The notes beneath the pieces are model-generated. The model saw only the letters and a program-made list of their open reading frames with translations, was not told where the DNA came from and did not search any database. From an uncultured Gammaproteobacteria bacterium (GTDB taxonomy: Bacteria; Patescibacteriota; Microgenomatia; JALYQM01), in NCBI GenBank assembly GCA_964403585.1, contig CAYOFQ010000001.1, forward strand, positions 1,408,826 through 1,472,825: a DNA stretch of 64,000 nucleotides, written 5' to 3'. The position numbers were made by a program, and so were the translations under genes. Positions 46,624 through 56,753 of the stretch are shown here, one piece after another. The stretch's first letter is position 1; the number at the start of each line of letters is the position of its first letter.

Positions 46624-47250
46624 TTATCCCAAATGTGCATGATCATTCATCGTTACCAGACGCCACTGACCGCTCTCCAGCAACTCACACACACTAATCC
46701 CTGTATTATTTATCCGTACAAATCGCATAAAACGCAATAATTCATCTCGGGTCATTGTTTCTCCAAACATCATTGCCGCAACAATCACCCGTAAAAAGAG
46801 CCCGTGCGTAATACACAAAATATTCTCATATTTTTGCGCAGACAAATAATCAAGCGCTTTCAGCGCACGATCCCGCAATTCACCATAACTTTCCTCATCA
46901 CTGTACTTCCAGTCAGGATCATGCCGATGCTCAGCCATTAAACCATTGATTCGCAAAACCTCAGGGTCATCTTTAGGTCTTCCTTCCAGCTCTCGCGGAC
47001 CATGAAACTCCGACAACAACTCGGTAAAAATAACCATACGCCCAATAACACCGGAGATAATGCGTGCCGTCTCTTTCGCGCGTTCATAAGGACTGGAAAC
47101 GATCACATCCAACGGAATATGCGAAAATCGTTGCGCTACAAACTCTGCTTGTTTCACTCCAAATTCAGACAGCTCGCCCTCATGATACTGATGAAGCAGA
47201 TCTTGTGCGTTATACGCACTCTGAGCATGTCGTACAAAGTAGACTTTCAT
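46624..47250 (-). CDS. histidine phosphatase superfamily (phosphoglycerate mutase-like) protein
   Basis: N-terminal VYFVRHAQSAYN (RHG motif variant), 208 aa. Confidence 0.75.
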   Translation of the reverse strand: MKVYFVRHAQSAYNAQDLLHQYHEGELSEFGVKQAEFVAQRFSHIPLDVIVSSPYERAKETARIISGVIGRMVIFTELLSEFHGPRELEGRPKDDPEVLRINGLMAEHRHDPDWKYSDEESYGELRDRALKALDYLSAQKYENILCITHGLFLRVIVAAMMFGETMTRDELLRFMRFVRINNTGISVCELLESGQWRLVTMNDHAHLG

Positions 47251-47285
47251 AGCTGCATTATAGCAAAAATAACAAATGATATAAT

Positions 47286-47876
47286 GTGATTATGGTCAAA
47301 CCGACAATCCAGATCGGACATCCGGCTTTAAAATCGCCGAATAAGCAGATCGAAGATTTCAATTCCGAACAGCTAAAAATACTCATTCAGGACTTAAAGG
47401 ACACTATGTATGATGCCGGACTCATTGGCATTGCTGCTCCACAAATCGCCGAAAACTATAGTGTTTTTGTAACCGAACCACGCGAAACTCCCGCCAGACC
47501 AAAAGATCAAACAGATATCTTTCGAGTTTTTATTAACCCCGTTATTGTCGATTCATCGGAAGCCCAAGTTATTATTTACGAAGGCTGCGGCAGTGTTCTC
47601 AACGGAACGCTCTTTGGCCCGGTTCGCCGACCCAAAGTTATTACCGTTGAAGCATATGATGAACAGGGTAAAAAATTTCAATTTACCGCCGACGGTATTC
47701 TCGGCAGAGTTATTCAGCACGAATACGACCACTTACGTGGCATTGAATTCACTGAAATTGTTGAAGATTACCGAAAACTCATGCATGTAGATTTTTATGT
47801 CCAAAATATCAGAAATTCAAAAGAACAAATGGAAGCTTCAATAATATCCCGAAAAGAATATCGGTTAAGTAATTAA
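47286..47876 (+). CDS. def: peptide deformylase
   Basis: GIAAPQ, EGCGSV, QHEYDHLRG motifs. Confidence 0.85.
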   Translation: MIMVKPTIQIGHPALKSPNKQIEDFNSEQLKILIQDLKDTMYDAGLIGIAAPQIAENYSVFVTEPRETPARPKDQTDIFRVFINPVIVDSSEAQVIIYEGCGSVLNGTLFGPVRRPKVITVEAYDEQGKKFQFTADGILGRVIQHEYDHLRGIEFTEIVEDYRKLMHVDFYVQNIRNSKEQMEASIISRKEYRLSN

Positions 47877-48251
47877 ATACTTAGTACAAACCCGTTCAAT
47901 ATAATCATCCTCGAGCTGCCACGCACGCATTTGGTCCCATGAAGGGCGGAAGCGGTATTTTTCAATATCAAATGTATAGTCCGGATGTACTTCTACGCCT
48001 TCTTTTTCCAGCATCTGTTTCATTAATAACGGAGTATTAAATTCTGTTCCTTTGATTGAAATTCTTCCGGCATTATTAACAATTCGCCACCAGGGTAAAT
48101 CTGCCTCACCTTCAAGCCGGTTTAATGTCCAACCAACCTGCCGGGCTGCCCGAGCAACTCCGGTATACGCGGCAATCTGACCATACGACGCCACAGTTCC
48201 ATAGGGAACTTGGCGAACAATATAGATAACCGCCTCGGTAAACTCAGACAT
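47865..48251 (-). CDS. alkyltransferase-like (Atl) protein / MGMT C-terminal DNA-binding domain lacking the catalytic Cys
   Basis: VPYGTVASYGQIA...PWWRIVN replaces PCHRV. 128 aa. Confidence 0.65.
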   Translation of the reverse strand: MSEFTEAVIYIVRQVPYGTVASYGQIAAYTGVARAARQVGWTLNRLEGEADLPWWRIVNNAGRISIKGTEFNTPLLMKQMLEKEGVEVHPDYTFDIEKYRFRPSWDQMRAWQLEDDYIERVCTKYLIT

Positions 48252-48256
48252 AGAGA

Positions 48257-48469
48257 CTATTGCTCAGAAGGAATTATGACAGCCAGAATAAGATACGGCA
48301 CGATACCGGGTAAACCACCGGGCAAAAGCAATATTGCCCATAATATACGAACGACGGTCACATCAATATTAAAGTAGTTAGCAAATGCCATGCAAACACC
48401 GGCTATCATTCTTCCTTGTTTTGGACGAACCAATCGTTTATTCATACGTATAGTATACAAAAAAACCAT
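48257..48469 (-). CDS. PspC-domain small membrane protein
   Basis: GRMIAGVCMAFANYFNIDVTVVRILWAIL. Confidence 0.6.
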   Translation of the reverse strand: MVFLYTIRMNKRLVRPKQGRMIAGVCMAFANYFNIDVTVVRILWAILLLPGGLPGIVPYLILAVIIPSEQ

Positions 48470-48774
48470 TAAAAGAGCAAATATTTCCCGTAGATAATTT
48501 ACAGAAATACTGTATAATAATGATAGTTGGAATGACCAACATTCATGAGAACAAAACTTAGTAGACTAAAAAAAGACATTAGTTTATTAAAGCAAAAGTT
48601 ACACTATTGCCGCGAAGTACTCCACGACAAAGAAATCACCAAAGCGGATACCCTTTCTATTGCCGACACCGCACCACCTCCAATAAATCTATCAAAAATA
48701 ACACTCTCCGAAGAATTGCTTAGTGCAACCACTAACCTCTAGCCTCCACCTCACCACCTTGATATAATTCGCCT

Positions 48775-49761
48775 ATGAACAAAATTGTCTTTTCTGGAAT
48801 CCAACCCAGCGGGAATCTACATATCGGTAACTACATCGGTGCGTTGCGACAGTGGGTACAAACCCAACACGACGGATTAACAATTTTCTGCATTGTTGAT
48901 ATGCACGCTATAACCGTACCTCAGGAAGCAAAAACACTACACGAAAAATCGCTTGAATTGGCCGCATTATATATCGCCGCCGGAATTGATCCCGAAAAAT
49001 CAATTGTCTTTATCCAGTCACATAATCCGGATCATGCCAATCTTGGGTGGCTTTTGAATTGCTACACCTCAATGGGCCAAATGAATCGTATGACCCAGTA
49101 CAAAGACAAATCCGAAGGCAAAGATTTTGTCAGCGTCGGACTATTTGCCTATCCAACGCTTATGGCCGCCGACATTCTCCTCTATAACACCACCGAAGTC
49201 CCAGTTGGTGAAGATCAGAAGCAACATGTTGAGCTGACTCGCGATGTAGCCGAACGCTTTAACAACACCTACGGCGAAACATTTGTGTTACCGCAACCGG
49301 TAATTCCTACCCATGGAGGTCGCATCCGAAGCTTGATCGATCCTACCAAGAAAATGAGTAAAAGCGATAGTAATGCCAATGCCACAGTTTGGTTGCTGGA
49401 CGAAGCACAAAGTATCCGCAAAAAAATTAAGTCTGCTACTACTGATAGTGGCTCGGAAATTTCCTATGATATGGAAAACAAACCGGGTATTTCTAATCTC
49501 CTTGATTTATACGCACAAACTTCAGGTAAAACCGTCGAGGAAATTATTATCGAATGCCAGGGTAAGCGATATGGTGAATTTAAGGAAATTGTCGCCGAAT
49601 CTGTTGTTGCATGTTTAGGCGACTTACAAAAGAAATACTATGAGTTGCGGAATTCCGATAAACTCGAAAGCATTCTCCAAAAAGGTGCCAATCGGGCGTA
49701 TGAGCTCTCTCACCGGAAACTTGAAGAAGTCTATAACAAAGTCGGATTTGTTAAGAAATAA
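48775..49761 (+). CDS. trpS: tryptophanyl-tRNA synthetase
   Basis: HIGNYIGA (HIGH) and KMSKS. 328 aa. Confidence 0.9.
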   Translation: MNKIVFSGIQPSGNLHIGNYIGALRQWVQTQHDGLTIFCIVDMHAITVPQEAKTLHEKSLELAALYIAAGIDPEKSIVFIQSHNPDHANLGWLLNCYTSMGQMNRMTQYKDKSEGKDFVSVGLFAYPTLMAADILLYNTTEVPVGEDQKQHVELTRDVAERFNNTYGETFVLPQPVIPTHGGRIRSLIDPTKKMSKSDSNANATVWLLDEAQSIRKKIKSATTDSGSEISYDMENKPGISNLLDLYAQTSGKTVEEIIIECQGKRYGEFKEIVAESVVACLGDLQKKYYELRNSDKLESILQKGANRAYELSHRKLEEVYNKVGFVKK

Positions 49762-50806
49762 ACGCTGCCGTCCGAAGTTCGGCAATAGTACGAGCACCAA
49801 CACCAAACATTGCGATCTTCAATTCTCTCGCTAATCGCTCGATAAGCTGCTCCACCGCAGATTGCGACTCTAGTGCCGCTTGTCCAAACGGAGCCGCCAA
49901 TCCAACCATATCTGCGCCCAACGCAATAGCCTTGGCAACATCGACACCCGTACGAACACCACCACTCGCTAATAAAGTAACTTTTTCTGGAGTACGGTCT
50001 ACAACGCGCTTACACATCACAATACTTTCAGCTGTCGGAATTCCCCACTCGCCAAATAAATCACCAATCTCAACCCATCCACCTTCTCGCTGACCTTCGA
50101 CAACCGACCAGCTTGTTCCACCCCATCCGGCGATATCAATATACCGGACACCTGCATCAACCAGCCGTTGGCATACCTCTTCTGAAATACCAAAACCTAC
50201 TTCCTTAACTATTACGGGCACGGTTATCTTGTGTACTAATTCCGCTATCTGAGCCAGAATATTTTTAAAGTTGTGATCCCCTTCCGCCTGTACCGCTTCC
50301 TGAATCGGGTTAAGGTGAAGTATCAATGCATCAGCTTGAATCATATCCACTGCCCGCTGATACTTCTCAACCGTAAAACCATAATTCAGCTGTACCGCAC
50401 CTACATTAGCCATAAGTACGGCACGCGAGTTTTCAGATTTTTGAGCAAATAGATGCGAACGTTCAGGCTTTTCAACAGCTCCCCGTTGGCTTCCTACCCC
50501 CATTGCAATACCATATTTCTCGGCTGCACCAATCAAATTCCGGTTTAACCGTTCCCCTTCAGTCATCCCGCCGGTCATGGAGGAGATAAAAAAAGGAAAC
50601 GCTAACCGTTTACCTAAAAATTCAACCGATGTATCAATTTCATCAAAATCTATCTCAGGTAAGGCATTATGAATAAAACGGTAATCATCAAAACCGGTAC
50701 GCCCGGTTTGCGCTCGTGGAGATAAAGAAATTTCGAGATGCTCACGCTTTCGCTTCTGTAACTGGTCCATGTTCATGCTCGGATGATACCAGAAGTAATG
50801 ATCCAA
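49751..50806 (-). CDS. fni: isopentenyl-diphosphate delta-isomerase type 2 (FMN-dependent)
   Basis: RKREHLEISL...FPFFISSMTGG...TIM-barrel IDI-2 pattern. 351 aa. Confidence 0.8.
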   Translation of the reverse strand: MDHYFWYHPSMNMDQLQKRKREHLEISLSPRAQTGRTGFDDYRFIHNALPEIDFDEIDTSVEFLGKRLAFPFFISSMTGGMTEGERLNRNLIGAAEKYGIAMGVGSQRGAVEKPERSHLFAQKSENSRAVLMANVGAVQLNYGFTVEKYQRAVDMIQADALILHLNPIQEAVQAEGDHNFKNILAQIAELVHKITVPVIVKEVGFGISEEVCQRLVDAGVRYIDIAGWGGTSWSVVEGQREGGWVEIGDLFGEWGIPTAESIVMCKRVVDRTPEKVTLLASGGVRTGVDVAKAIALGADMVGLAAPFGQAALESQSAVEQLIERLARELKIAMFGVGARTIAELRTAAFIS

Positions 50807-51380
50807 TTAAACGAGCAAAGGTAGCAATGTCTTCCTCGAGTATATGACGCGGCGTAAAAACAAAGTCAGCCGAAGACTTAATTGAGTCAAGTGAGAGCTG
50901 TTTATCAACCGAAATGCGGGCTCGTTCTGCAACAGGCCGCGAAGTACCTATCCGATCCGAGGCAATCTCATGCTCCACATCAAAGTAAATCATATAACTT
51001 TTCCCGGGAAATTGAGCTTTCATTTCGGCAATATAATCAGACAACGGAGAAACAATAGTAATAAAATTCTGAATCATCGAGTATTTTTTCAGCTGAAATT
51101 CAATATCAATACCATAATATGCACTATATATATCCAGATGGTTCCAGATTTTTGACTGTGAACGCAGATAATTGTACCGTTCTTTGGAAACAAAAATATG
51201 CTCAAAAGTATGCTCTTCCCCGGGGCGGGGCGCCCGGGTCGCATACGTTTGCAGATAGCGAAGTGAAGGGTAACGCTCCAGCATCTTTCCGGTTAAGGTA
51301 GTTTTTCCAGCACCACTAATGCCACAAATTTGAATTAATTGCCGTTCCATGACTATTGGTTTCTCCACCACTCCAAACAA
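50742..51380 (-). CDS. guanylate-kinase-like P-loop kinase (paralog 1)
   Basis: P-loop GISGAGKTT and YATRAPRPGEEHTFEHIFVS resemble the GK TTRxPRxGExxGxDYxF pattern. Confidence 0.55.
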   Translation of the reverse strand: MFGVVEKPIVMERQLIQICGISGAGKTTLTGKMLERYPSLRYLQTYATRAPRPGEEHTFEHIFVSKERYNYLRSQSKIWNHLDIYSAYYGIDIEFQLKKYSMIQNFITIVSPLSDYIAEMKAQFPGKSYMIYFDVEHEIASDRIGTSRPVAERARISVDKQLSLDSIKSSADFVFTPRHILEEDIATFARLIGSLLLVSSEHEHGPVTEAKA

Positions 51381-52342
51381 TCCTGTAAAGTTTGCTCAAG
51401 AGAAATTTCCGGCGCCCACCCAGTTAATTGTCTAAGTTTATCGTAGTTTCCGTATAAGATTGGCATATCGGTAGGCCGGACTCGCGACCGATCAACAGTA
51501 TGCGAAATTTTCTTTTTTGATAAAGAAAGGAGAATATCCACCAGCTGTTCCATTTGAACCGCCTTGCCTGAACAAACATTGTACCGTTCACCTCTCACCC
51601 CTTTTTCCATTAATCCCACATACCCTTTAACCATATCCCGTACATCTGTATAGTCACGGTAGACAGACAATGTCCCGGTCGAAAGAACCGGATCTTTCTT
51701 CCCTTGTTCTATCTCAACTATTTGCTTACACACATCAGGAACAATAAATCCTTCACGCTGTCCAGGCCCCATATGCGAGAATAGCACCATATAAACTATA
51801 TCCAAAGCAAAAGACCTGATATACATCTTCGTAAGATAATAACCACTTACTTTCGAAATAGCATACGGGTTGGCAGGATTAAACGGTGAAGACTCTTTAA
51901 GCGGTAAGTCATTCTCATTAACCAGACCATACTCCTCAGAAGTACCCGCCATCATAATGCGCGGGTTGTAATTTGCCAGATCATTTTTTAAGCCACGCAC
52001 GCATTCCAGTAAGTTAATTGTTCCAATAACATTTGACTCAAAAGTCTCTTGCGGTTCCTTAAATGAGTACCCTGGTTTTGACTGCGCCGCCAAATGAAAA
52101 ATAACATCCGGCTTAATATCGGTCAGCAGTTTAAACAACCCAACTCTATCCAGCAGATTTCCCTTAACAATTACCACATCATTCTTAATTTCACTCTTAC
52201 CTTCTCGAGATAAACCGTATACGCTGTTATCACCCTTTTGTAACTCTAATGCCAAATAGGGACCGACAAAACCATTAATACCCGTTATCAAGACTTTTTT
52301 CATATTATTTAAAGATCCGCGAAAGTAATGGTAAATAAGCAA
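51353..52342 (-). CDS. NAD-dependent epimerase/dehydratase (GDP-4-keto-6-deoxymannose reductase / fucose synthase-like)
   Basis: N-terminal VLITGINGFVGPYLALEL Rossmann. In a cluster with gmd. Confidence 0.6.
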   Translation of the reverse strand: MLIYHYFRGSLNNMKKVLITGINGFVGPYLALELQKGDNSVYGLSREGKSEIKNDVVIVKGNLLDRVGLFKLLTDIKPDVIFHLAAQSKPGYSFKEPQETFESNVIGTINLLECVRGLKNDLANYNPRIMMAGTSEEYGLVNENDLPLKESSPFNPANPYAISKVSGYYLTKMYIRSFALDIVYMVLFSHMGPGQREGFIVPDVCKQIVEIEQGKKDPVLSTGTLSVYRDYTDVRDMVKGYVGLMEKGVRGERYNVCSGKAVQMEQLVDILLSLSKKKISHTVDRSRVRPTDMPILYGNYDKLRQLTGWAPEISLEQTLQDCLEWWRNQ

Positions 52343-52916
52343 ACCGTTTCGATTTAACCGGCACTCCGGTCGATATAAGGTTCAATTTTAAACAAGCCAA
52401 AAATACTGCGGTTATTGCCGGTTCACAAAAGACTTCTCCGCTTTTTATTCGATCCACAAATTCTGCCAACGGCATCCTGATCAATTCCATATCCGACTCG
52501 TTATAATCGATTTTCGGATCAGCAACTTTTTCCAACCCTGTCGCTATTAAAATATACGTTTTACTGATTGTTCTCGTCGGGTTCTCATAGACCACGCTCA
52601 ATAATTCTACCGCAGCTGCACGATAACCGGTTTCCTCAAGTAATTCACGCTGTGCACAGGCAACAGGATCTTCATCTTTTTCAATCACCCCACCAATAGT
52701 TTCTAGAGAAATATCTCCGACTCCATGCTTATACTGTCTATCAACCAAAATATCACCATTATCAAACAAAGCAATTAAGTTAATAAAATCAGGCTGTGCA
52801 CCAAGAAAATAATCATCAAAAACTTTACCACCTTCGGTTTTAACTACATCTTTCCGTACCTTATACCACTTTGTATCAAAAACAATTTCTGAACTAATTA
52901 GATCCCATTTTTTCAT
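52305..52916 (-). CDS. NUDIX hydrolase (sugar-nucleotide/ADP-ribose pyrophosphatase-like)
   Basis: Nudix box GGVIEKDEDPVACAQRELLEETGY. Confidence 0.7.
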   Translation of the reverse strand: MKKWDLISSEIVFDTKWYKVRKDVVKTEGGKVFDDYFLGAQPDFINLIALFDNGDILVDRQYKHGVGDISLETIGGVIEKDEDPVACAQRELLEETGYRAAAVELLSVVYENPTRTISKTYILIATGLEKVADPKIDYNESDMELIRMPLAEFVDRIKSGEVFCEPAITAVFLACLKLNLISTGVPVKSKRFAYLPLLSRIFK

Positions 52917-53566
52917 ACGGTATCAATACTTTCTATAATCTCCCGTTCAAGCTCGGCCACAAAAGATCGCATATACTCAATCCGCGGCGCAGCAATAGCT
53001 TTAGCAGTATCAGTATAAAGCATATTAAACCATTCTAGCTGAAACGCTACCACTTCACTTAGGCTACGAAAGTTACGAGTAGCTTCCCCTTCAAAAGTAA
53101 TAGTATCAGTATATTCCGGAAGAAAATATTTTGACACATATGCTCGCTGGATACCAATTGCGCCAAGACCGTCTAACTTATCTGCATCCTGTAAGATATG
53201 TGCGAGTTCACCCTCAGATTGTTTTTTTGAATGTTGCTCGATAGCAGAAATAATTCGCTGACGCGCATCCTCCGGAAAATCCATAGCATCAAGCAATTCA
53301 GTTACAAGGGACATTCCTGCTTCTGCATGTTCTTCATCACTATCGGTTAATGTTCTCCCCATATCATGAAGGAGTCCGGCAGACTCAGCCTCAATAACAT
53401 CATATCCCTCTTTTTCAGCCAACACCCGGGCATTATGTGCCACACGCAAAACATGTGTAATACCATGTGCAGGAGTATGATGACCTTTAAAAGCTTCTAC
53501 AACCTTCTCTCGTAAAATCTGGATATCCATAGAACCCTTTCTATCTAAACCTCTCCAAATCTGCAT
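52913..53566 (-). CDS. HD-domain phosphohydrolase
   Basis: HGITHVLRV...LLHDMGR. Confidence 0.7.
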   Translation of the reverse strand: MQIWRGLDRKGSMDIQILREKVVEAFKGHHTPAHGITHVLRVAHNARVLAEKEGYDVIEAESAGLLHDMGRTLTDSDEEHAEAGMSLVTELLDAMDFPEDARQRIISAIEQHSKKQSEGELAHILQDADKLDGLGAIGIQRAYVSKYFLPEYTDTITFEGEATRNFRSLSEVVAFQLEWFNMLYTDTAKAIAAPRIEYMRSFVAELEREIIESIDTV

Positions 53567-54593
53567 CTACCATCAGTTCAATTAAATCTTTGAACGAAGT
53601 TTTCGGCTCCCATCCAAGCTCTTTTTTAGCCAAAGAATAGTCACCTTTAAGCACTTTGATTTCAGTCGGACGCATTAGTTTATCATTAGTAACCACATGA
53701 TCTTCCCAGTTTAAACCAACGTGAGCAAACGCCACCTGGCAAACTTCACGAATAGAATGAGAGGTATTAGTACCAATCACATAATCCTTCGGTTCTTTAT
53801 TCTGTAACATCAACCACATCGCTTCTACATACTCCTTGGCATATCCAAAATCCCGCTGAGCATCAAGAAAACCCATATGCAGTTTACCCAAAGCATCAAT
53901 CAAAGGCTCACCAATCTCATTTAATGGAGGATTTTTTACGCCGTTCTTAATACAGGCAGCGCCTGCCGTAATTTTACGGGTAACAAAGTGCAAGCCGCGT
54001 CGCGGGCTCTCATGATTAAAAAGTACACCCCCACACGCAAACATATTATATGATTCACGATAACAGCGAATCATCATGTGAGCATAAGCTTTAGCAATTC
54101 CATACGGGTTATTTGCATCAATCGGCGTTTCTTCGGTTGCCGCCTCAGCCTCGATATTTCCCAGAATCTCCCGGGAAGTAGCCTGGTATACCTTGGCATG
54201 AGGAACAAATTTATATACTGCCTCGAACACGCGAACCGGCCCTAATGCAGTAATTTCTCCTGTATATATAGGATGACTCCATGAATCGGCAGGAACCGAC
54301 TGAGCTGCAATATTATAAACTTCATCAGGCTCATAACGACGGATCACATGTTCTATGCTGGCGTAATCAAGCAAGTCCGCAGCTTCAATTCGAATTTTCC
54401 CGTACAAATGCTGAATATTCGGATGTTCAATATGCGTACTTCGGCGTATGGTACCAATAACTTCATAACCTTTTTCAAGTAAAAGATCTGCTAAGTACGA
54501 TCCGTCCTGGGATGAAACACCAAAAATAACTGCTTTCTTAGCCATGGTCCGCTCTCCTTTTTGTGACACTAAGTATGAAGCCATGCTACTCAA
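53541..54593 (-). CDS. gmd: GDP-mannose 4,6-dehydratase
   Basis: FGVSSQDGSYLADLLLEKGYEVIGTIRRST N-terminus and YAKEYVEAMWLMLQ. Confidence 0.85.
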   Translation of the reverse strand: MSSMASYLVSQKGERTMAKKAVIFGVSSQDGSYLADLLLEKGYEVIGTIRRSTHIEHPNIQHLYGKIRIEAADLLDYASIEHVIRRYEPDEVYNIAAQSVPADSWSHPIYTGEITALGPVRVFEAVYKFVPHAKVYQATSREILGNIEAEAATEETPIDANNPYGIAKAYAHMMIRCYRESYNMFACGGVLFNHESPRRGLHFVTRKITAGAACIKNGVKNPPLNEIGEPLIDALGKLHMGFLDAQRDFGYAKEYVEAMWLMLQNKEPKDYVIGTNTSHSIREVCQVAFAHVGLNWEDHVVTNDKLMRPTEIKVLKGDYSLAKKELGWEPKTSFKDLIELMVDADLERFR

Positions 54594-54636
54594 AAAAGCT
54601 ATCTATGTCAAATTAGGCGTGTTAGAATAAATTCAT

Positions 54637-55191
54637 ATGATAAAACCGCTGATCATTTCCGGGCCGTCGGGAGTTGGTAAAACATATCTGGAAAAATATC
54701 TTATTGCACACCATAACTTTAAACGTATTCAGTCCACCATAACCCGCCCCATCAGGGCTGGAGAGGTTCAAGGCCTGGACTATAATTTCATCACTGAAGA
54801 AGAATATAAAAAAATGGAAGCCCAGGGAAAATTCATCACCTCAGCTTTTGCACTTGGTTGCTGGAGAGGTTTTGAGAAACGCTTGGTTGAAGCAATCATC
54901 GCTGAGGGGAAAATCCCGATAACTATTGTCGTCCCATCAGTAGTTCCGCAATTCGTAAAGGCATATCCAGGCACAATCCCTGTGTACTTAAAACCAATCG
55001 ATAATCAGTTACTCATCAGTCGAATGAAACAAAGAGGAGATCCCGAGCAGAACATTCAGGAGAGAATAAACCATGAACAAGAAGAAAATCAGTATTTTGA
55101 ATCTATCAAACAGTACTATCATAAGGTAATAACAGTAAGCTCAACCAATTTTGATGAAACTGTTAAGGAAATACTAAATCTAGTACAATAA
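54637..55191 (+). CDS. guanylate kinase-like protein (paralog 2)
   Basis: GPSGVGKT P-loop. TITRPIRAGEVQGLDYNFI. Confidence 0.65.
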   Translation: MIKPLIISGPSGVGKTYLEKYLIAHHNFKRIQSTITRPIRAGEVQGLDYNFITEEEYKKMEAQGKFITSAFALGCWRGFEKRLVEAIIAEGKIPITIVVPSVVPQFVKAYPGTIPVYLKPIDNQLLISRMKQRGDPEQNIQERINHEQEENQYFESIKQYYHKVITVSSTNFDETVKEILNLVQ

Positions 55192-55195
55192 GGCA

Positions 55196-55732
55196 ATGCT
55201 TGTAGTCCTACTCTATTTTCTTCTCCCTGCCGCTATTGCCAATATGTCGGCAGCACTTTCGGCTAAACTCTTTCCAAAGCTAAACTTTCCCCTGGATTTT
55301 AATAAAACATTTCGGGGAATCAGAATCTTGGGAGACCACAAAACAATTCGCGGCTTTGTATTCGGCATTATTACTGCCACCATAGTCTATGCACTACAGA
55401 TATATTTATATAATGCCGGTAACTATACTCATAAAATTAGCCTTATCAACTACAACAAAACACCCTTCTATCTCGGTAGTTTACTCGGTTTAGGTGCAGT
55501 CGGTGGAGATGCTGTTAAAAGTTTTTTCAAGCGGCAGCTCAATAAAAAGCCCGGGAAATCCTGGATACCATTCGATCAAATCGACTGGGTCGCGGGTGCC
55601 CTGGTAATTACCTCATGGATAGTTCCCTATCCACCCGTCATTATACTCGTCTCACTTACCATCTGCTTTTTACTTCACTTCGTGGTCAAATTTATTGGAT
55701 ATCTGCTTAAACTTGATAACGCACCATTATAA
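55196..55732 (+). CDS. CDP-archaeol synthase (CarS/DUF46)-like small membrane CTP-transferase
   Basis: 178 aa, 4-5 TM. GDHKTIRGFVFG resembles the CarS GxxKTWRG motif. Confidence 0.4.
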   Translation: MLVVLLYFLLPAAIANMSAALSAKLFPKLNFPLDFNKTFRGIRILGDHKTIRGFVFGIITATIVYALQIYLYNAGNYTHKISLINYNKTPFYLGSLLGLGAVGGDAVKSFFKRQLNKKPGKSWIPFDQIDWVAGALVITSWIVPYPPVIILVSLTICFLLHFVVKFIGYLLKLDNAPL

Positions 55733-56659
55733 AGATTCAAGTAAACGATTCAGATAATGCTTGGTGGCATTTAAGGATAACTCCGGTATTACCATACCTC
55801 GTTTAACAAAATTAGCCTTAGTCTCCCAAAACCAGCGGGTATCTACAAATCGCACACCCTCCGGAGAAATAATAATATTATCTGTTTTAGGCAACCAGTC
55901 AAAAAGTTCAAACACCGGATACCGAGGCCGTGTATCAGGTAACAGTCTAATCTCATAATGCATAACCAGAATCAGATAGATAATCAATATAAGCTGGATT
56001 TTTTGTTCCTGAGTCATATTCCGCCGGCGCATATCATGTAAGGTCGTACCGGCAACAAACTGCTGAAAAATATACACAGTATCATTCTCTTTATTTTCCG
56101 GAGATATCGAGGGGCCATAAATAGTATATTCTTTAGGTAAAAAGTTATATGTTCGCACATCAGATCTGAGTATCGGTTCAATTTTTCGGGAGATATCTAT
56201 TTTATAAAACTCCTCTATCGCCGGAAGTAATGGCAGTAACGAAGCCCGGATCCGTCTTTGGGCATCAAGACAATCCTCAGTATGAACAAGAAAAATATCA
56301 TCCTTCGTACTGAAAAATCCAAAATACTCCACAAACTTAAGATAGGTTTCATATTGACGCTTCACTTCATCAAGTGTTGGCAATATCTGCGAAGAGAACC
56401 GCTTTAACACCCCATCTGTTACCGCCGGAGGCATCGGAAGCTTAATCTTGTCATGAAGCTGAAGATGCACATCCCATTTGCCTTCCTTCATTACCCAGGG
56501 TTCATTCTCTACCTTAAATACCCGAAAAAAAGTTCCACTCGAAAGCGGCGAATAAGAGAACTGCGCAAGAATCTCCTTGATTGGGGCAGGAACAATTTCA
56601 TCCACCGATTTTATTGCATAACGGCGAATTAGCTCTTCAAAATGTTCCATAGTAGACAA
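55727..56659 (-). CDS. hypothetical protein (310 aa)
   Basis: No motif. Overlaps the neighbour by 6 nt. Confidence 0.35.
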   Translation of the reverse strand: MSTMEHFEELIRRYAIKSVDEIVPAPIKEILAQFSYSPLSSGTFFRVFKVENEPWVMKEGKWDVHLQLHDKIKLPMPPAVTDGVLKRFSSQILPTLDEVKRQYETYLKFVEYFGFFSTKDDIFLVHTEDCLDAQRRIRASLLPLLPAIEEFYKIDISRKIEPILRSDVRTYNFLPKEYTIYGPSISPENKENDTVYIFQQFVAGTTLHDMRRRNMTQEQKIQLILIIYLILVMHYEIRLLPDTRPRYPVFELFDWLPKTDNIIISPEGVRFVDTRWFWETKANFVKRGMVIPELSLNATKHYLNRLLESL

Positions 56660-56753
56660 TTATACTAATAATAACAGAAATCCACAAAGCGGGTGTAGCC
56701 ACGGACTTTCATACCGCCTTGACTCTCAAGCTCAAACCGATTACCCTTGACCC